From Acidobacteriota bacterium (GTDB lineage Bacteria; Acidobacteriota; UBA890; WLXD01): a DNA stretch of 64,000 bases. The notes under the pieces were generated by a model. That model saw only the letters and a program-made list of their open reading frames with translations. It made no database searches and was not told the origin of the DNA. Of this stretch, positions 62,478-64,000 are shown piece by piece. The stretch is from NCBI GenBank assembly GCA_965205505.1, contig CBDBHB010000007.1, positions 96,001-160,000 on the forward strand. The letters are read 5' to 3'. Numbering within the stretch: the stretch's first letter is position 1; each line of letters opens with the position of its first letter. Made by a program: the position numbers and the translations under genes.

Positions 62478-64000
62478 CTATCGGGCGCCGACGAGCTGGT
62501 TCATGTACCACCTGATGAAGCCCCTCGGGCCACCCTCGCTGCGGGCGTAGCGCCCAGCTCCGTAGGCTCCAGAGCGAACCCCGGCGTGGTTGTTCTCCAC
62601 CACCCAGATGTCCTCCTGGATGGTGATGTGCCACAGGGCCTTGACCCTCTCGGGATCGTAGTCGCGGCCCTCGACGGCGTCCGGGTGCACTAGCCAGATC
62701 AGCTCGCAGTCGGTGTGCTCAGTGTCGCGCGGCGTGAAGCGAGCGATGCCCAGATGGTCGTCGTAAGCCTGCACGTAGAACTGCGACCACCGTGTGCCGG
62801 TGACGCGCGTGCCGTACGTCCACTCCTTGATATTCGGTAGCAGCGGCGCCACCGGCTTGCCGTCCAGTGAGCCGGTCATGAAGCCGGGGTTCAGGCTGCC
62901 GCCCATGCTCGACTCGTACTCCGCGCCGCCCATGCCGCCATCGTTGGAGATGACGCGCTTGCCCTCCTGCGTGACCCACTCGGCTACCTGCGCGTTACGC
63001 TGGGTGCGCTGCCTGCGCGGCATCTCCTGGTCCCAGTTGTGCGTCGTGACCAGCGACCTGTGCGACGGGCCACAGTGGTAGCACTCAAGGAAGTTCTCCA
63101 GCGCCAGCTTCCAGTTACCGTGGATCGGATACTGCTCGCGAACCGCGACCTTCAGCTCGGCGCTGCCGTAGTAGCTGAGCACCGGATGGATATCGTTACC
63201 GACCTGCTCGTCGAAGTCGGGTGGTTCCAACGCCTGCGTCAGATGCACGAAGATCATGCCCTCGGACACCCGCAGGTGGCACGGAACGAGGCCGTTGTCG
63301 GCCGGATCGAAGTCCTCCTGCATGCCGTAAGCGTGGATCAGGGTGCCGTCCGTGTCGTACGTCCAGGCGTGATACGGGCAGCGAAACACCGGGCTGTTGC
63401 CCATCTGCCCGAGCTGCTTGACTGACAGGCGCGGATCGTCGGGGATCGGGTCGGCATCGTGACGACAAAGGCGCGAGCCGCGGTGGCGGCAGACGTTGTG
63501 GAACGCTTTGATCTCGCCTGCCGGGTTGCGCACTATGATGACGCTCTCGGCACGACCGAACTGGTACACGAAGTAGTCGCCGGGGTTCGGGATCCGGTCG
63601 ACGTGATCGGCGAACAGCCACAGGTTCTCTTTGAGGAACGCCTCGTCGCGTAGATAGTGCTCCTCTTGGAGGTAGTATTCTGCCGGGATCGTGGTGCCCG
63701 GTTGCCAGCCGCCCGGATACACCTTCTCCGTCTTGGAGGCTTTGCCGTCGTTGAGTGCAGCACCGCTGCCGCCGTATCCGACGGCCTCCCGCGGCGGCGT
63801 GATCCGGCGCGCGGCAGGCCGATTCTCCACCGCTCTCGAGCGGAGCGAGGCCAGCTTGGCGCTCTTCGATGTCTCCGCGTGCACGACACCGGGCAGCGCG
63901 ACCGCCGCGGCACTCGCCGCCACTGAGGTCTTGGCAAAGTCGCGACGGCTGACCTTGATCCGCCCGTCATCCCCGTGTTTCTTGTGCCCGCCTTCGCTCA
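62478..64000 (-). CDS. Rieske non-heme iron oxygenase alpha subunit (GbcA/Stc2-like) with Tat-like leader; start at or beyond the window edge
   Basis: CRHRG...CPYHAW Rieske ligands; WKLALENFLECYHCGPSH and QED Fe site; upstream frame reads SRRDFAKTSVAASAAAVALPGVVHA. Confidence 0.92.
   Translation of the reverse strand, partial: SEGGHKKHGDDGRIKVSRRDFAKTSVAASAAAVALPGVVHAETSKSAKLASLRSRAVENRPAARRITPPREAVGYGGSGAALNDGKASKTEKVYPGGWQPGTTIPAEYYLQEEHYLRDEAFLKENLWLFADHVDRIPNPGDYFVYQFGRAESVIIVRNPAGEIKAFHNVCRHRGSRLCRHDADPIPDDPRLSVKQLGQMGNSPVFRCPYHAWTYDTDGTLIHAYGMQEDFDPADNGLVPCHLRVSEGMIFVHLTQALEPPDFDEQVGNDIHPVLSYYGSAELKVAVREQYPIHGNWKLALENFLECYHCGPSHRSLVTTHNWDQEMPRRQRTQRNAQVAEWVTQEGKRVISNDGGMGGAEYESSMGGSLNPGFMTGSLDGKPVAPLLPNIKEWTYGTRVTGTRWSQFYVQAYDDHLGIARFTPRDTEHTDCELIWLVHPDAVEGRDYDPERVKALWHITIQEDIWVVENNHAGVRSGAYGAGRYARSEGGPRGFIRWYMNQLVGAR

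Overview
GC-rich bacterial chromosome segment spanning the replication origin; the PadR plus ADOP-type permease pair and overall gene content suggest Acidobacteriota (inference). Left to right: a minus-strand Mrp/Mnh Na+/H+ antiporter operon, and a 279-bp CTAG-bounded palindromic element. Next is the origin block (bactofilin-parB-parA-parS-rsmG-jag-yidC-yidD-rnpA-rpmH / dnaA-oriC-dnaN-gyrB-gyrA), which lacks mnmE/mnmG and recF. Housekeeping genes follow (pcrA/uvrD, glmS, glmU, tmk, ychF). An accessory region carries hydrolases, SPFH+RHH, an unusual radical SAM gene, an aryl-CoA ligase, a two-component system with a spondin-domain gene, a complete IS3 element and a broken ADOP permease. Then come tRNA-Asn, recR-ybaB-dnaX, SRP RNA, and the left end of a P4-type integrative element, followed by a Rieske oxygenase with a twin-arginine leader. 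Several genes have single-base frameshifts (probably partly assembly errors) and three have in-frame TAG codons. Most notable are the modular CTAG element with two short relatives sitting on TAG stop codons, the apparently Tat-exported Rieske oxygenase, and the SPASM-first CX3CX4C radical SAM protein. All calls come from reading motifs by eye; no database searches were run.
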